Shown one piece after another: positions 28,191 through 36,773 of a DNA stretch of 64,000 bases (within the stretch, counting starts at the first letter, position 1; every line of letters begins with the position of its first letter). Both the position numbers and the translations under genes were made by a program. The notes beneath the pieces were generated by a model. The model searched no databases. It was not told the origin of the DNA and worked only from the letters and a program-made list of their open reading frames with translations. The stretch is from Deltaproteobacteria bacterium. GTDB taxonomy: Bacteria; Desulfobacterota; GWC2-55-46. The stretch spans positions 48,367-112,366 of the forward strand of contig JACPGB010000047.1 in assembly GCA_016182655.1 (NCBI GenBank), in the 5' to 3' direction.

Positions 28191-29507
28191 TTATCCTGAA
28201 ATCTTCGAGAGCGCGTCCACGAAGCTATCCATCTCTTCTTTCGTGTTCATCTCCGGGTAAAACCTCTTGAGCGCAAGCCCGCCCATGACCTTCTTCTTCA
28301 AGAGCCCCTTCAATACCTCTTCGGGGGCCTTTGAAATTTTTATAGTGAATTCGTTGAATGTCGGCGAAGAGAACGCGACCTCTACGCCGGAAACATTCGC
28401 GAGCGCCTTTTTAAGATATTCCGCCTTGGAGAGATTCAAAAGCGCGAGCCTCCGAAGGCCCACTTCCCCGAGGGAGACCATGTGGACCGATGCCGCGAGC
28501 GCGCAGAGCCCGTGGTTCGTGCAGATGTTCGAGGTCGCCCGCTCCCTCCTTATGTGCTGTTCCCTTGTGGAGAATGTCAGGCAGAAGGCCCTCTTGCCGT
28601 CCCTGTCGACGGTCTCTCCGACTATCCTTCCCGGCATCTGGCGGATAAATTCGGTCTTTGTCGCCATGAAGCCCAGGTACGGGCCGCCGTAGGAGAGCGT
28701 GTTCCCGAAAGACTGGTTGTCACCGACGGCTATGTCCGCGCCGAGCGAGCCCGGAGAGGCGAGGAGGCCGAAAGAGACCGCTTCGTTCGTGACGGCTACG
28801 ATGAGCGCGCCCTTTGCGTGCGCCGCATCCGCTAATGCCTTTAAATCCTCAACAGAGCCGAAGAAGTTAGGGTACTGTATGACGAGACAGGCGGTGTCCT
28901 TATCGAGCGCGGCGTCAAGCGCCTCAGGCAGGGTTGTCCCCGCTTCCGTGCAGTACATGACCTCCGAGACATGGTTTCCCGCGCCGTGGAGGTAAGACCT
29001 GACCGTCTCCCTGTACTCGGGGTGGAGCGCGGCGCTTAACAGCACCTTGTCCCTGCCTGTGATGCGGCGCGCCATGAGCGCGGCCTCGGCAACGGCGGAA
29101 GCGCCGTCGTAAAGGGACGCGTTCGCGACATCCATGCCGGTCAGCTGGCAGACGATCGTCTGGTACTCGAATATGGCCTGGAGCGTGCCTTGGCTTATCT
29201 CGGGCTGGTATGGGGTGTAGGAGGTGTAGAACTCGGACCTTGAGATGACGGAGTCTACGACCGCGGGTATGTAGTGGTTGTACGCGCCTGCACCAAGGAA
29301 GCTCGCATAGTCCTCGACAGTTGAGTTCCTCGCCGCCTTTTTTTTCAGCGCCTTTGTAAGCTCCTGCTCTGTAAGACCCTTCGGGAGCTTTAGCTCTCCT
29401 TTTAGCCTTGCGTTCTCAGGTACGGCGATGAGGTCGTCGATCTTTTCCGCCCCTACCGCCTTTAAAAGGCACTCTCTGTCTTTTTCTGTATGCGGGATGT
29501 ACGGCAC
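28191..29507 (-). CDS. gcvPA: Glycine dehydrogenase subunit 1
   Basis: The GTG start (VPYIPHTEKD) sits 5 nt after the gcvH stop. The ORF-track N-terminal extension overlaps gcvH and is rejected. Confidence 0.9.
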   Translation of the reverse strand: MPYIPHTEKDRECLLKAVGAEKIDDLIAVPENARLKGELKLPKGLTEQELTKALKKKAARNSTVEDYASFLGAGAYNHYIPAVVDSVISRSEFYTSYTPYQPEISQGTLQAIFEYQTIVCQLTGMDVANASLYDGASAVAEAALMARRITGRDKVLLSAALHPEYRETVRSYLHGAGNHVSEVMYCTEAGTTLPEALDAALDKDTACLVIQYPNFFGSVEDLKALADAAHAKGALIVAVTNEAVSFGLLASPGSLGADIAVGDNQSFGNTLSYGGPYLGFMATKTEFIRQMPGRIVGETVDRDGKRAFCLTFSTREQHIRRERATSNICTNHGLCALAASVHMVSLGEVGLRRLALLNLSKAEYLKKALANVSGVEVAFSSPTFNEFTIKISKAPEEVLKGLLKKKVMGGLALKRFYPEMNTKEEMDSFVDALSKISG

Positions 29508-29512
29508 TTCTT

Positions 29513-29899
29513 CTACTTCTCTTCTTCTATGAACTTCTGGTACTCGTCCGACGACATGAGGTCGCTGAGATCGTTGGTGTTGCCTATCTCCACCCTTATC
29601 ATCCATGCGTCGCCGTACGGGTCTTCGTTGATCGCCTCGGGACTGTCGATGATGGCGTCGTTGACCTCGTGGACCGACCCGCTTATCGGCGAGTAAAGGT
29701 CCGAGACCGCCTTTACTGACTCGACGACCCCAAAGGGCTCGTTCTTCGTGACCGTGCCGCCCTCCTGGGGCAGTTCCACGTAGACCACGTCACCAAGAGA
29801 GTCCTGGGCGTAGTCGGTGATGCCGACGGTGGCGATATTACCTTCGACCTTAACCCATTCGTGCTCTTTGGTGTACTTAAGGTCCTTCGGGAACTCCAT
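29513..29899 (-). CDS. gcvH: Glycine cleavage system H protein (lipoyl carrier)
   Basis: 128 aa with the lipoyl-lysine motif ESVKAVSD. Confidence 0.9.
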   Translation of the reverse strand: MEFPKDLKYTKEHEWVKVEGNIATVGITDYAQDSLGDVVYVELPQEGGTVTKNEPFGVVESVKAVSDLYSPISGSVHEVNDAIIDSPEAINEDPYGDAWMIRVEIGNTNDLSDLMSSDEYQKFIEEEK

Positions 29900-29972
29900 A
29901 TTAGTATCTCCTTTCCTTACCGATCAATATAAATTGCGCTCTTTTGTTGACTTCCGTATCAGTACTAAATGA

Positions 29973-29997
29973 ATTCCCGATAAAGACGATCGGGAAT
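29973..29997. repeat. ATTCCCGAT-n7-ATCGGGAAT hairpin, a variant of the GTCATTCCCG...CGGGAAT module, in the gcvT-gcvH spacer
   Basis: 9-bp perfect stem, inside the operon. Confidence 0.5.
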
Positions 29998-30006
29998 GAC
30001 ACACGC

Positions 30007-31152
30007 TTAGTAAGGCCTTTTATAGAAGGGGAGCTTTACCACCTCGACCTTCGCGGCCCTGCCCCTTATGACTACATCGACTTCGGTGCCGACCTCTTTA
30101 AAGGCGGGCTCGACGAACCCGGTGCCGATGCCCTCTTTCAGCGACGGCGACATGGTGCCGCTCACGACATCGCCTATCTTCTTGCCGTTCTTCGCTATCT
30201 CGTAACCGGCGCGCGGGATGCCTGCGTCCTTCATCCTGAATCCCACGAGCGTCCTCTTTACTCCGGCGGCTTTCTGCGCCCTCAAGGCCTCGGCTCCGAT
30301 AAACTCCCGGCCTTCGAGCTTCACATATTTTCCGAGGTTCGCCTCTATCGGGGTTATCCCCTCGCCGAGCTCGTGGCCGTAAAGCGGGTAGCCCATCTCA
30401 AGCCGGAGCGTGTCCCTCGCGCCCAAGCCCACGGGCGCGATGCCGAACTCTTCGCCGGAGTACATTAGCGCCTCCCAGAGCTCTTTGGCGTCCGTTGGGG
30501 CGATGTATATCTCGAACCCGTCCTCTCCGGTATAGCCTGTCCGCGAGACTATCGCCTCTATGCCGCCTGAGAGCTCGGCGAGGACGAAGTGGAACGGCTT
30601 TATTTCAGAGGGCGGTATGTCGCTCAAGTCTTCAAGGATGGACGCCGCGTTCGGCCCCTGTATGGCTATCTGCGCGTACTGGTCGCTCAGGTTCTCAACG
30701 AGCGCGATGGAGGAGACCTGCTCCTTTATCCACTCGTAGGCCTTGTCGGTATTCGACGCGTTTACGCAAAACAGGAAACGCTCGTTATTGTACCGGTAGA
30801 CAATCGTGTCGTCGACGACGCCGCCGTTCGGGTAGCAGAGGAGCGTGTACTGGCACTGGCCGTCCTCCACCCGAGCGATGTCGTTCGTCATGAGGAGCCG
30901 GACGGCCTCCTCGGCCCTCGGCCCCGAGACCTCGATCTCGCCCATGTGGCTCACGTCGAAGATGCCGCACGCGGACCTGACGGCGAGGTGCTCCTCGATG
31001 ACCCCCTTGTACTGAACGGGCATTTCCCAACCCGCGAAATCGACTATCCTCGCGCCGAGAGAAAGATGTATGTCGTATAAAGGCGTTCTTTTAAGCACTG
31101 TGCAATGAACTGCGGCCGGACAAGCGAAAAAAACCCTCCGGAAAATTTTAAG
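30007..31152 (-). CDS. gcvT: Aminomethyltransferase (glycine cleavage T protein)
   Basis: LKRTPLYD...GWEMPVQY N-terminus. Start placed at the ATG at 31152. A GTG 60 nt downstream is an alternative. Confidence 0.9.
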   Translation of the reverse strand, partial: LKIFRRVFFACPAAVHCTVLKRTPLYDIHLSLGARIVDFAGWEMPVQYKGVIEEHLAVRSACGIFDVSHMGEIEVSGPRAEEAVRLLMTNDIARVEDGQCQYTLLCYPNGGVVDDTIVYRYNNERFLFCVNASNTDKAYEWIKEQVSSIALVENLSDQYAQIAIQGPNAASILEDLSDIPPSEIKPFHFVLAELSGGIEAIVSRTGYTGEDGFEIYIAPTDAKELWEALMYSGEEFGIAPVGLGARDTLRLEMGYPLYGHELGEGITPIEANLGKYVKLEGREFIGAEALRAQKAAGVKRTLVGFRMKDAGIPRAGYEIAKNGKKIGDVVSGTMSPSLKEGIGTGFVEPAFKEVGTEVDVVIRGRAAKVEVVKLPFYKRPY

Positions 31153-31285
31153 CATCTGAATTATTACTAAATGAAAAATAAATGTCAAAGAAAAAAAACG
31201 CTTTCGCGTCTTTTTTCCGCGTACCCGCAAAAAAACAGGCCGCGCGCATATGTCGCGGAGCCGCGCAGGTGCTGTTTTTTATGAT

Positions 31286-31313
31286 ATTATAAATGGTAAA
31301 TTCCCTCTGTCAA
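31286..31313 (-). promoter_or_regulatory. Near-consensus sigma70 promoter of the gcv operon (TTGACA-17-TATAAT)
   Basis: Minus strand reads ttgacagagggaatttaccatttataat, followed by a 130-nt leader. Confidence 0.6.
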
Positions 31314-31325
31314 AGTATTTAACGC

Positions 31326-32186
31326 ATGCCCTCCTTAAACCTGATACTTGACGACCGTCCGCTCGCGGAGAAGCTCCTCTCACCCGATACGAGGTCGATA
31401 ATGCTCCTCGGAGAGGCGGACACCGGAAAGACGACGCTCGCCGGGGCGCTCTCATCCTTTCTTTCAAAAGACTTCAGGACCGCGGCAGTCGACCTCGACA
31501 TGGGGCAGTCTTGCATAGGCCCGCCCACAACGGTCGGCTGGGGGTTCGCTAACAAGAACGCGGCCTGGGACAAGATCTCCCCGGAGGAGATATACTTCAT
31601 CGGCGCGCTCTCGCCTCCGGGTTCCCTTGTGCCCACGCTCGTCGGGGCGAAGCGCATGACGGATGGCGCGCTTCAACGGGCCGAAAAGGTGGTCATAGAC
31701 ACGACCGGGCTCGTCTCAGGCGAGATAGGCACGATACTCAAGCAATACAAGATCGAGTTGCTCTGCCCCGATATCGTCATCGCACTTGAGAGATACGGCG
31801 AGCTTGGCGAGATTTTGGACGGCTTCAGGGCGTCTTCGAAACCCATGATCTGGCGGCTCAAGGCCCCGGAGTCCGCGCGGACCAGGACCGGACTCATGCG
31901 GGCCGCCTACAGGGAGGAAAGGTTCAGGGAGTACTTCGCAAGGGCGCGGCCGGTCGAAGTCTCCTTAAACGAGACCGGCTTGAGATACACCGGAGGCAAG
32001 GGCGGCGAAATGGCAGGCAGGCTCGTCTCGTTCAGGGATTCATCACAAAAGGACCTGGCTTTGGGTATAATAGAGGCGAAGGACTTAGACGGAAACAGGC
32101 TTATCATAAGGACCCCGCTTAAAGAAGACGCGCGATACGCGGCAATTGTAGTCGGCAGGGCGACGGTTCTGCCGGGCAACGATTAA
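31326..32186 (+). CDS. P-loop NTPase, Clp1/Grc3-like polynucleotide-kinase-domain protein (tentative)
   Basis: 286 aa with the Walker A motif GEADTGKTT. Confidence 0.4.
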   Translation: MPSLNLILDDRPLAEKLLSPDTRSIMLLGEADTGKTTLAGALSSFLSKDFRTAAVDLDMGQSCIGPPTTVGWGFANKNAAWDKISPEEIYFIGALSPPGSLVPTLVGAKRMTDGALQRAEKVVIDTTGLVSGEIGTILKQYKIELLCPDIVIALERYGELGEILDGFRASSKPMIWRLKAPESARTRTGLMRAAYREERFREYFARARPVEVSLNETGLRYTGGKGGEMAGRLVSFRDSSQKDLALGIIEAKDLDGNRLIIRTPLKEDARYAAIVVGRATVLPGND

Positions 32187-32202
32187 TCAGGCAGGCTTAA
32201 TA

Positions 32203-33474
32203 ATGTCGAACTTCCTCCGGCTCCCTAAGAGGTTCAAGGGCCTGAACCTCGAACTATTGAGGTATCTCGGCCCTGGCTTCCTCGTCACCGTCGGGTTCAT
32301 AGACCCCGGCAACTGGGCGACGAACATAGCCGGTGGGTCGGAGTTCAATTACTCGCTCCTCTGGGTCATATCTCTTTCCACCCTCATGCTCATCTTCCTC
32401 CAGCACATGTCCGCGCACCTGGGGATAGTGAAGGGCATGTGCCTTGCGGAATCCTGCAGGGTCCATTTTTCGAAGGGGACGAACATCGTCCTCGGCGGCT
32501 CTATCATGCTCGCGTGCATGGCGACGGCCCTTGCCGAGTTCCTCGGCGCGGCCATAGGCCTCAGGATGCTCACGGGCCTGCCGCTATCGGTATCGGCTAT
32601 CGTATCGGGCTTTTTCATACTCTACCTCGTCACGGTCCAGAAGTACGACCAGATCGAGCACATCATCATCTCTTTCGTATCCATCATCGGTTTTTGCTAC
32701 CTCGCCGAGCTCTATATCGTCGGGCCCGACTGGGGAGAAGCGGCAAAGGCGGCCGTGGTGCCGAGTATCAGCTCGGCCGAGATATTCATAGCCATGGGCA
32801 TGCTCGGCGCGGTCATCATGCCGCACAACATCTACCTCCACTCGGAGGTAATACAGAAGAGGAACTGGGCCGCCGAGACCGAGGAGAGGAAGAGGCGTCT
32901 CCTGCGGTACGAGTTCCTCGACACCCTCCTTGCAATGGGCACGGGGTGGGTCATAAACAGCGCGATGGTCATTGTAGCCGCGGCGGTCTTCTTCAAGAAC
33001 GGGGTGGTGGTCAGGGATGTCGTCCAGGCCGCGGAGACGCTCCGCCCGCTCGCCGGGGACCTCGCCGAGATACTCTTCGCAATCGCCCTCATATGCGCCG
33101 GGATCTCGTCGTCCATCACCGCCTGCCTCGCCGGAGGCACGGTCTTTACCGGCTTTCTCGGAAAGGAGATCGACCCCCAGAAGAGCTGGTTCAGGGCGGG
33201 CGTGCTCGTTACGGCCGTCCCGGCGATACTCCTCATCATGGTATTGAAGGACTCCTTCCAGACGCTAATCTGGAGCCAGGTCATACTCTCCATGCAGTTG
33301 CCGCTGACCATAATCCCTCTCATAGTCCTTACGCGCTCCAGAAAGGTCATGGGGGCGTTCGCGAACGGCAGGTTTGAAAACATCCTCCTCTACATCTGCG
33401 GGACGATAATCATAGGCCTTAATATTCTACTGCTCTTGAGTTTCTTCGGGGTGGAGTTCAAGGTGTTGGGATAG
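32203..33474 (+). CDS. mntH: NRAMP-family divalent metal (Mn2+/Fe2+) transporter
   Basis: DPGN and MPHN motifs, 11 TM helices. Confidence 0.85.
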   Translation: MSNFLRLPKRFKGLNLELLRYLGPGFLVTVGFIDPGNWATNIAGGSEFNYSLLWVISLSTLMLIFLQHMSAHLGIVKGMCLAESCRVHFSKGTNIVLGGSIMLACMATALAEFLGAAIGLRMLTGLPLSVSAIVSGFFILYLVTVQKYDQIEHIIISFVSIIGFCYLAELYIVGPDWGEAAKAAVVPSISSAEIFIAMGMLGAVIMPHNIYLHSEVIQKRNWAAETEERKRRLLRYEFLDTLLAMGTGWVINSAMVIVAAAVFFKNGVVVRDVVQAAETLRPLAGDLAEILFAIALICAGISSSITACLAGGTVFTGFLGKEIDPQKSWFRAGVLVTAVPAILLIMVLKDSFQTLIWSQVILSMQLPLTIIPLIVLTRSRKVMGAFANGRFENILLYICGTIIIGLNILLLLSFFGVEFKVLG

Positions 33475-33592
33475 AGGCTTTTGGTCGGTGAAGGCCGTTA
33501 CCACTCCCCGCAGTCCCCTCCCGTCACAATGGTTGAGCGCCACTAACGCCAAAGTCATCGGATTTTAATCTGGCCGTACGCCGAGTACCATG

Positions 33593-33621
33593 TTGACACC
33601 TCTTTCCCATAGGGATAATAT
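33593..33621 (+). promoter_or_regulatory. Sigma70-like promoter (TTGACA-17-TAATAT) immediately upstream of pyk
   Basis: The -10 element ends 6 nt before the ATG at 33628. Confidence 0.45.
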
Positions 33622-33624
33622 CAA

Positions 33625-35085
33625 TTGATGGAGAGACAACCGAGGAAGACGAAAATAATAGCGACCATCGGGCCCGCCTCGTACTCCGAGGACGCGATAG
33701 AGGGGCTTATCCGGGCCGGCGCGAATGTCTTAAGGCTGAACCTATCGCACGGCGAGCTCGATGTGCACGGCGATGTCGTTGAGCGCATCCGGGCAGTCTC
33801 AAAAAAACTGAACGCGCCAATCGGCATACTCATGGACCTGCAGGGGCCGAAGATCAGGGTCGGCGACCTCGTAAACGGGTCAATAGAGCTTACGCCGGGG
33901 CAGAGGATATCCATAAGCGCGGGTTCGAAGGACCCCGCTGTCATCACAACCACCTACAAGGACCTCCGGAGCGACGTAAAGCCCGGGGACAAGATACTCT
34001 TCGACGACGGTCTCATTGAAGCGCGCGTGACGGGTGTCGCCGGCTCTGTCGTCGAATGCGAGGTCGTATACGGCGGGCTCCTGAAGGCCCACAAGGGGAT
34101 AAACCTCCCAGGAGTGAATGTAAGCGCGCCGTCTTTGTCCGAGAAAGACCTCGGCGACATCGCTTTCGGAATAGAGGCCGGTGTCGACTACATCGCGCTC
34201 TCGTTCGTAAGAAAGGCCTCGGACGTCGCGGACCTTAAAGACCGCCTCAAGGCAAATGGCGCCGACATACCTGTAATCGCGAAGATAGAAAAGGCCGAGG
34301 CCCTGTCTAATCTCGATTCCATTCTGGATGAAGCCGACGGCATCATGATAGCCAGAGGCGACCTCGGCGTCGAGCTCGCGGCAGAGGAGGTGCCTGTCCT
34401 CCAGAAAGAGCTTATCTCTCGCGCGAACGAGGCCGGAAAGCTCGTCATAACGGCGACCCAGATGTTGGAGTCCATGATAACGAACCCGAGGCCTACGAGG
34501 GCGGAGGCGTCGGACGTGGCTAACGCGGTATTCGACGGCACCGACGCGCTCATGTTATCCGGCGAGACCGCCGTAGGCAAGTACCCGGTAAAGGCCGTAG
34601 AGATGATGGTCAAGATAGCAGTGCAGGCCGAGGAGGCGGCGCTCGCGCAGAAGCACCTCTTGAGGAGAAAAGCCGTGGCAGGCTCGTTTGCCCAGGCCGT
34701 CGCCTTTGCCGCGCACGCGGCCTCGAACGAGGTAAACCCGAAGGCCGTGGTCATATTCACGCAGACAGGAGACACGGCGCGGTTGTTGTCAAAGCTCCGG
34801 CCCTCCACCCCCATCATCGCATTCACGCCGCTTGAGAAGACCTGGAGGAGACTCTCGCTCGTCTGGGGTGTCGAGCCCTATGCTATCGAATTCGGCTCGC
34901 ATACCGATGAGATGATATGCAGGGGGGAGGCGGCGCTACTCGATAACGGGATAGCCTCCCTGGGCGACACCATCGTTATCGTCTCGGGCACAAAGGTCGG
35001 GATGAGGGGCGCGACGAACATGATGAAGATAGACTGGATCGGGAGCGAGGAGTGCAAGCTGTATCTGAAGGATAAGGGAAAATGA
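33625..35085 (+). CDS. pyk: Pyruvate kinase
   Basis: 486 aa with a strong family match. The true start is probably the ATG at 33628. Confidence 0.9.
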   Translation: MMERQPRKTKIIATIGPASYSEDAIEGLIRAGANVLRLNLSHGELDVHGDVVERIRAVSKKLNAPIGILMDLQGPKIRVGDLVNGSIELTPGQRISISAGSKDPAVITTTYKDLRSDVKPGDKILFDDGLIEARVTGVAGSVVECEVVYGGLLKAHKGINLPGVNVSAPSLSEKDLGDIAFGIEAGVDYIALSFVRKASDVADLKDRLKANGADIPVIAKIEKAEALSNLDSILDEADGIMIARGDLGVELAAEEVPVLQKELISRANEAGKLVITATQMLESMITNPRPTRAEASDVANAVFDGTDALMLSGETAVGKYPVKAVEMMVKIAVQAEEAALAQKHLLRRKAVAGSFAQAVAFAAHAASNEVNPKAVVIFTQTGDTARLLSKLRPSTPIIAFTPLEKTWRRLSLVWGVEPYAIEFGSHTDEMICRGEAALLDNGIASLGDTIVIVSGTKVGMRGATNMMKIDWIGSEECKLYLKDKGK

Positions 35086-35150
35086 GCTACCCCGCGGCAC
35101 AATGGACGGGGTAGCGACTTAACTTTCCCTCCCTCGACGGGAAGGGTAGT

Positions 35151-35510
35151 TCATTTTGCGTTTTTATCATCCTTCCAGAGCCCGAACTGGTTCCCCTCGG
35201 TGTCCGTGCATACCGCGAACCAGCCCATCCCAGGCACCGCCATCTTGCCCATAAGGACCTTGCCGCCCTGCCTCTCGATGTCTTTCAAGTACTTATCGAC
35301 ATCGGAGACCTCTATGTAATCGGTTATCTTCTGGCCGGACTCCTGCCGCTTCATGAGGCCGCCGCCCACGGCTCCGTCGCCGTCCACGGTTATGAGCCAG
35401 TAGTTCATCCCCGGCATCTCCTTGAACTGCCACCCGAATACCTTCGAATAGAACTCTCGCGCCCTCTTGACATCGTCGGCCGGTATCTCGAAATGGACTA
35501 TCTTTGGCAT
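35151..35510 (-). CDS. VOC-family (glyoxalase/bleomycin resistance/dioxygenase fold) protein
   Basis: 119 aa with the VOC fold pattern. Confidence 0.7.
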   Translation of the reverse strand: MPKIVHFEIPADDVKRAREFYSKVFGWQFKEMPGMNYWLITVDGDGAVGGGLMKRQESGQKITDYIEVSDVDKYLKDIERQGGKVLMGKMAVPGMGWFAVCTDTEGNQFGLWKDDKNAK

Positions 35511-35575
35511 AAGCGCCTCCTTTCGATTCTCTATTCAGAGCCTATCGCTTACCCGGGCTTTGTCAAGACGAACCC

Positions 35576-36658
35576 TTAGGCTCTCCGTCTTAAATGGGGG
35601 ATGAGAGAGAATATCAGCAGGAGCGCGGTCAAGGGGAGCGCGACGGAGTTGATCGCGAAAACGAACCCGGGAAGCCCGGCGTGATTTGCCGAGCTCAGGA
35701 CGAGATACGCGGTGTACGCGATGTAGTAGCCGAGAAAGAGGCCACCTTCCCATCGGGAGATCTCTCTCCCGGTATAAAAGACAGGAAGACAGACGGCCGC
35801 CACGGCGGTCATTACCGGGATGTCCACGCCGAGGACCGCGCCGGAAACCGGGACCCCGCCGGATACGGCTACGCTTGAGAGCCCGAGCACGGCGAGGATA
35901 TTGAATATGTTCGACCCTACGATATTCCCGACGGCGATGTCGCGCTCGCCCCTTATGCTCGCGATAACAGAGGTCGCGAGCTCCGGGAGAGACGTCCCTG
36001 CCGCGACGATCGTAAGGCCTATTACGAGCTCGCTAATGCCTAACGCCCTTGCCGCTATCGTCGCACCGTCAACGAGAAGGCTCGAGCCGAAGACGAGGAG
36101 CGCGAGCCCTCCGACGACGAATACGCCGTTTTTTACCCACGCCCAGGAGGAGCGGCCGTTCCGGTAGGCGAACTCCTTCTCGTACTCCTCCTTTACGGCC
36201 CGGGACTCTTTTTTGGACCTGTATATGAGTATGGCCGTGTACGCGAGTATCCCGTAGAGGAATACAACCCCCTCCATCCGGCTTATGTTCCCGTCCTGCG
36301 CGAATGCCATGAGGAGGAGGGAGGTGCCTATCATCACGGGGAGATCGAATCTTATGAGCTGGGCCGAGACGCCCAAGGGGACTATCGTTGCGGATACTCC
36401 GAGTATGAGAAGGACATTGAAGATGTTGGAGCCGACGACATTGCCGATGGAGAGGTCGGGTTGATTGTTAAGGCTTGAGAAGACGGACACCGCCGTCTCG
36501 GGCGAACTCGTCCCGAAGGCGACGACGGTTAACCCTATGACGAGCGGAGATATACCGGCTATGGCCGCGATGCGGGAGGCCCCTCGTACGAGGAATTCGG
36601 CCCCGGCCACGAGAAGGCAAAGGCCCGCTATGAATGAGACGAGGTCGAGTATGGACAT
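35576..36658 (-). CDS. Ca2+/Na+ antiporter, CaCA family (YrbG-like)
   Basis: Two internal repeats with alpha motifs (GxSxPE...). Confidence 0.8.
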   Translation of the reverse strand: MSILDLVSFIAGLCLLVAGAEFLVRGASRIAAIAGISPLVIGLTVVAFGTSSPETAVSVFSSLNNQPDLSIGNVVGSNIFNVLLILGVSATIVPLGVSAQLIRFDLPVMIGTSLLLMAFAQDGNISRMEGVVFLYGILAYTAILIYRSKKESRAVKEEYEKEFAYRNGRSSWAWVKNGVFVVGGLALLVFGSSLLVDGATIAARALGISELVIGLTIVAAGTSLPELATSVIASIRGERDIAVGNIVGSNIFNILAVLGLSSVAVSGGVPVSGAVLGVDIPVMTAVAAVCLPVFYTGREISRWEGGLFLGYYIAYTAYLVLSSANHAGLPGFVFAINSVALPLTALLLIFSLIPHLRRRA

Positions 36659-36773
36659 TACAACCGATTGAAGGGTTCAAAAGGTCGGCCTGGAGCGCGC
36701 CAAATACAAATCGTGGCCTATGGGCTTTCCTGTGCACAGCCTATTGATGCTACTTTGCCCGCCTGGCGAAGCC

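Noticed and set aside
31153-31320. Glycine riboswitch upstream of gcvT
   Set aside because: Expected from the genomic context. However, neither the conserved aptamer core sequences nor a tandem aptamer arrangement are visible in the 130-nt leader. Kept as a finding about the atypical leader instead.
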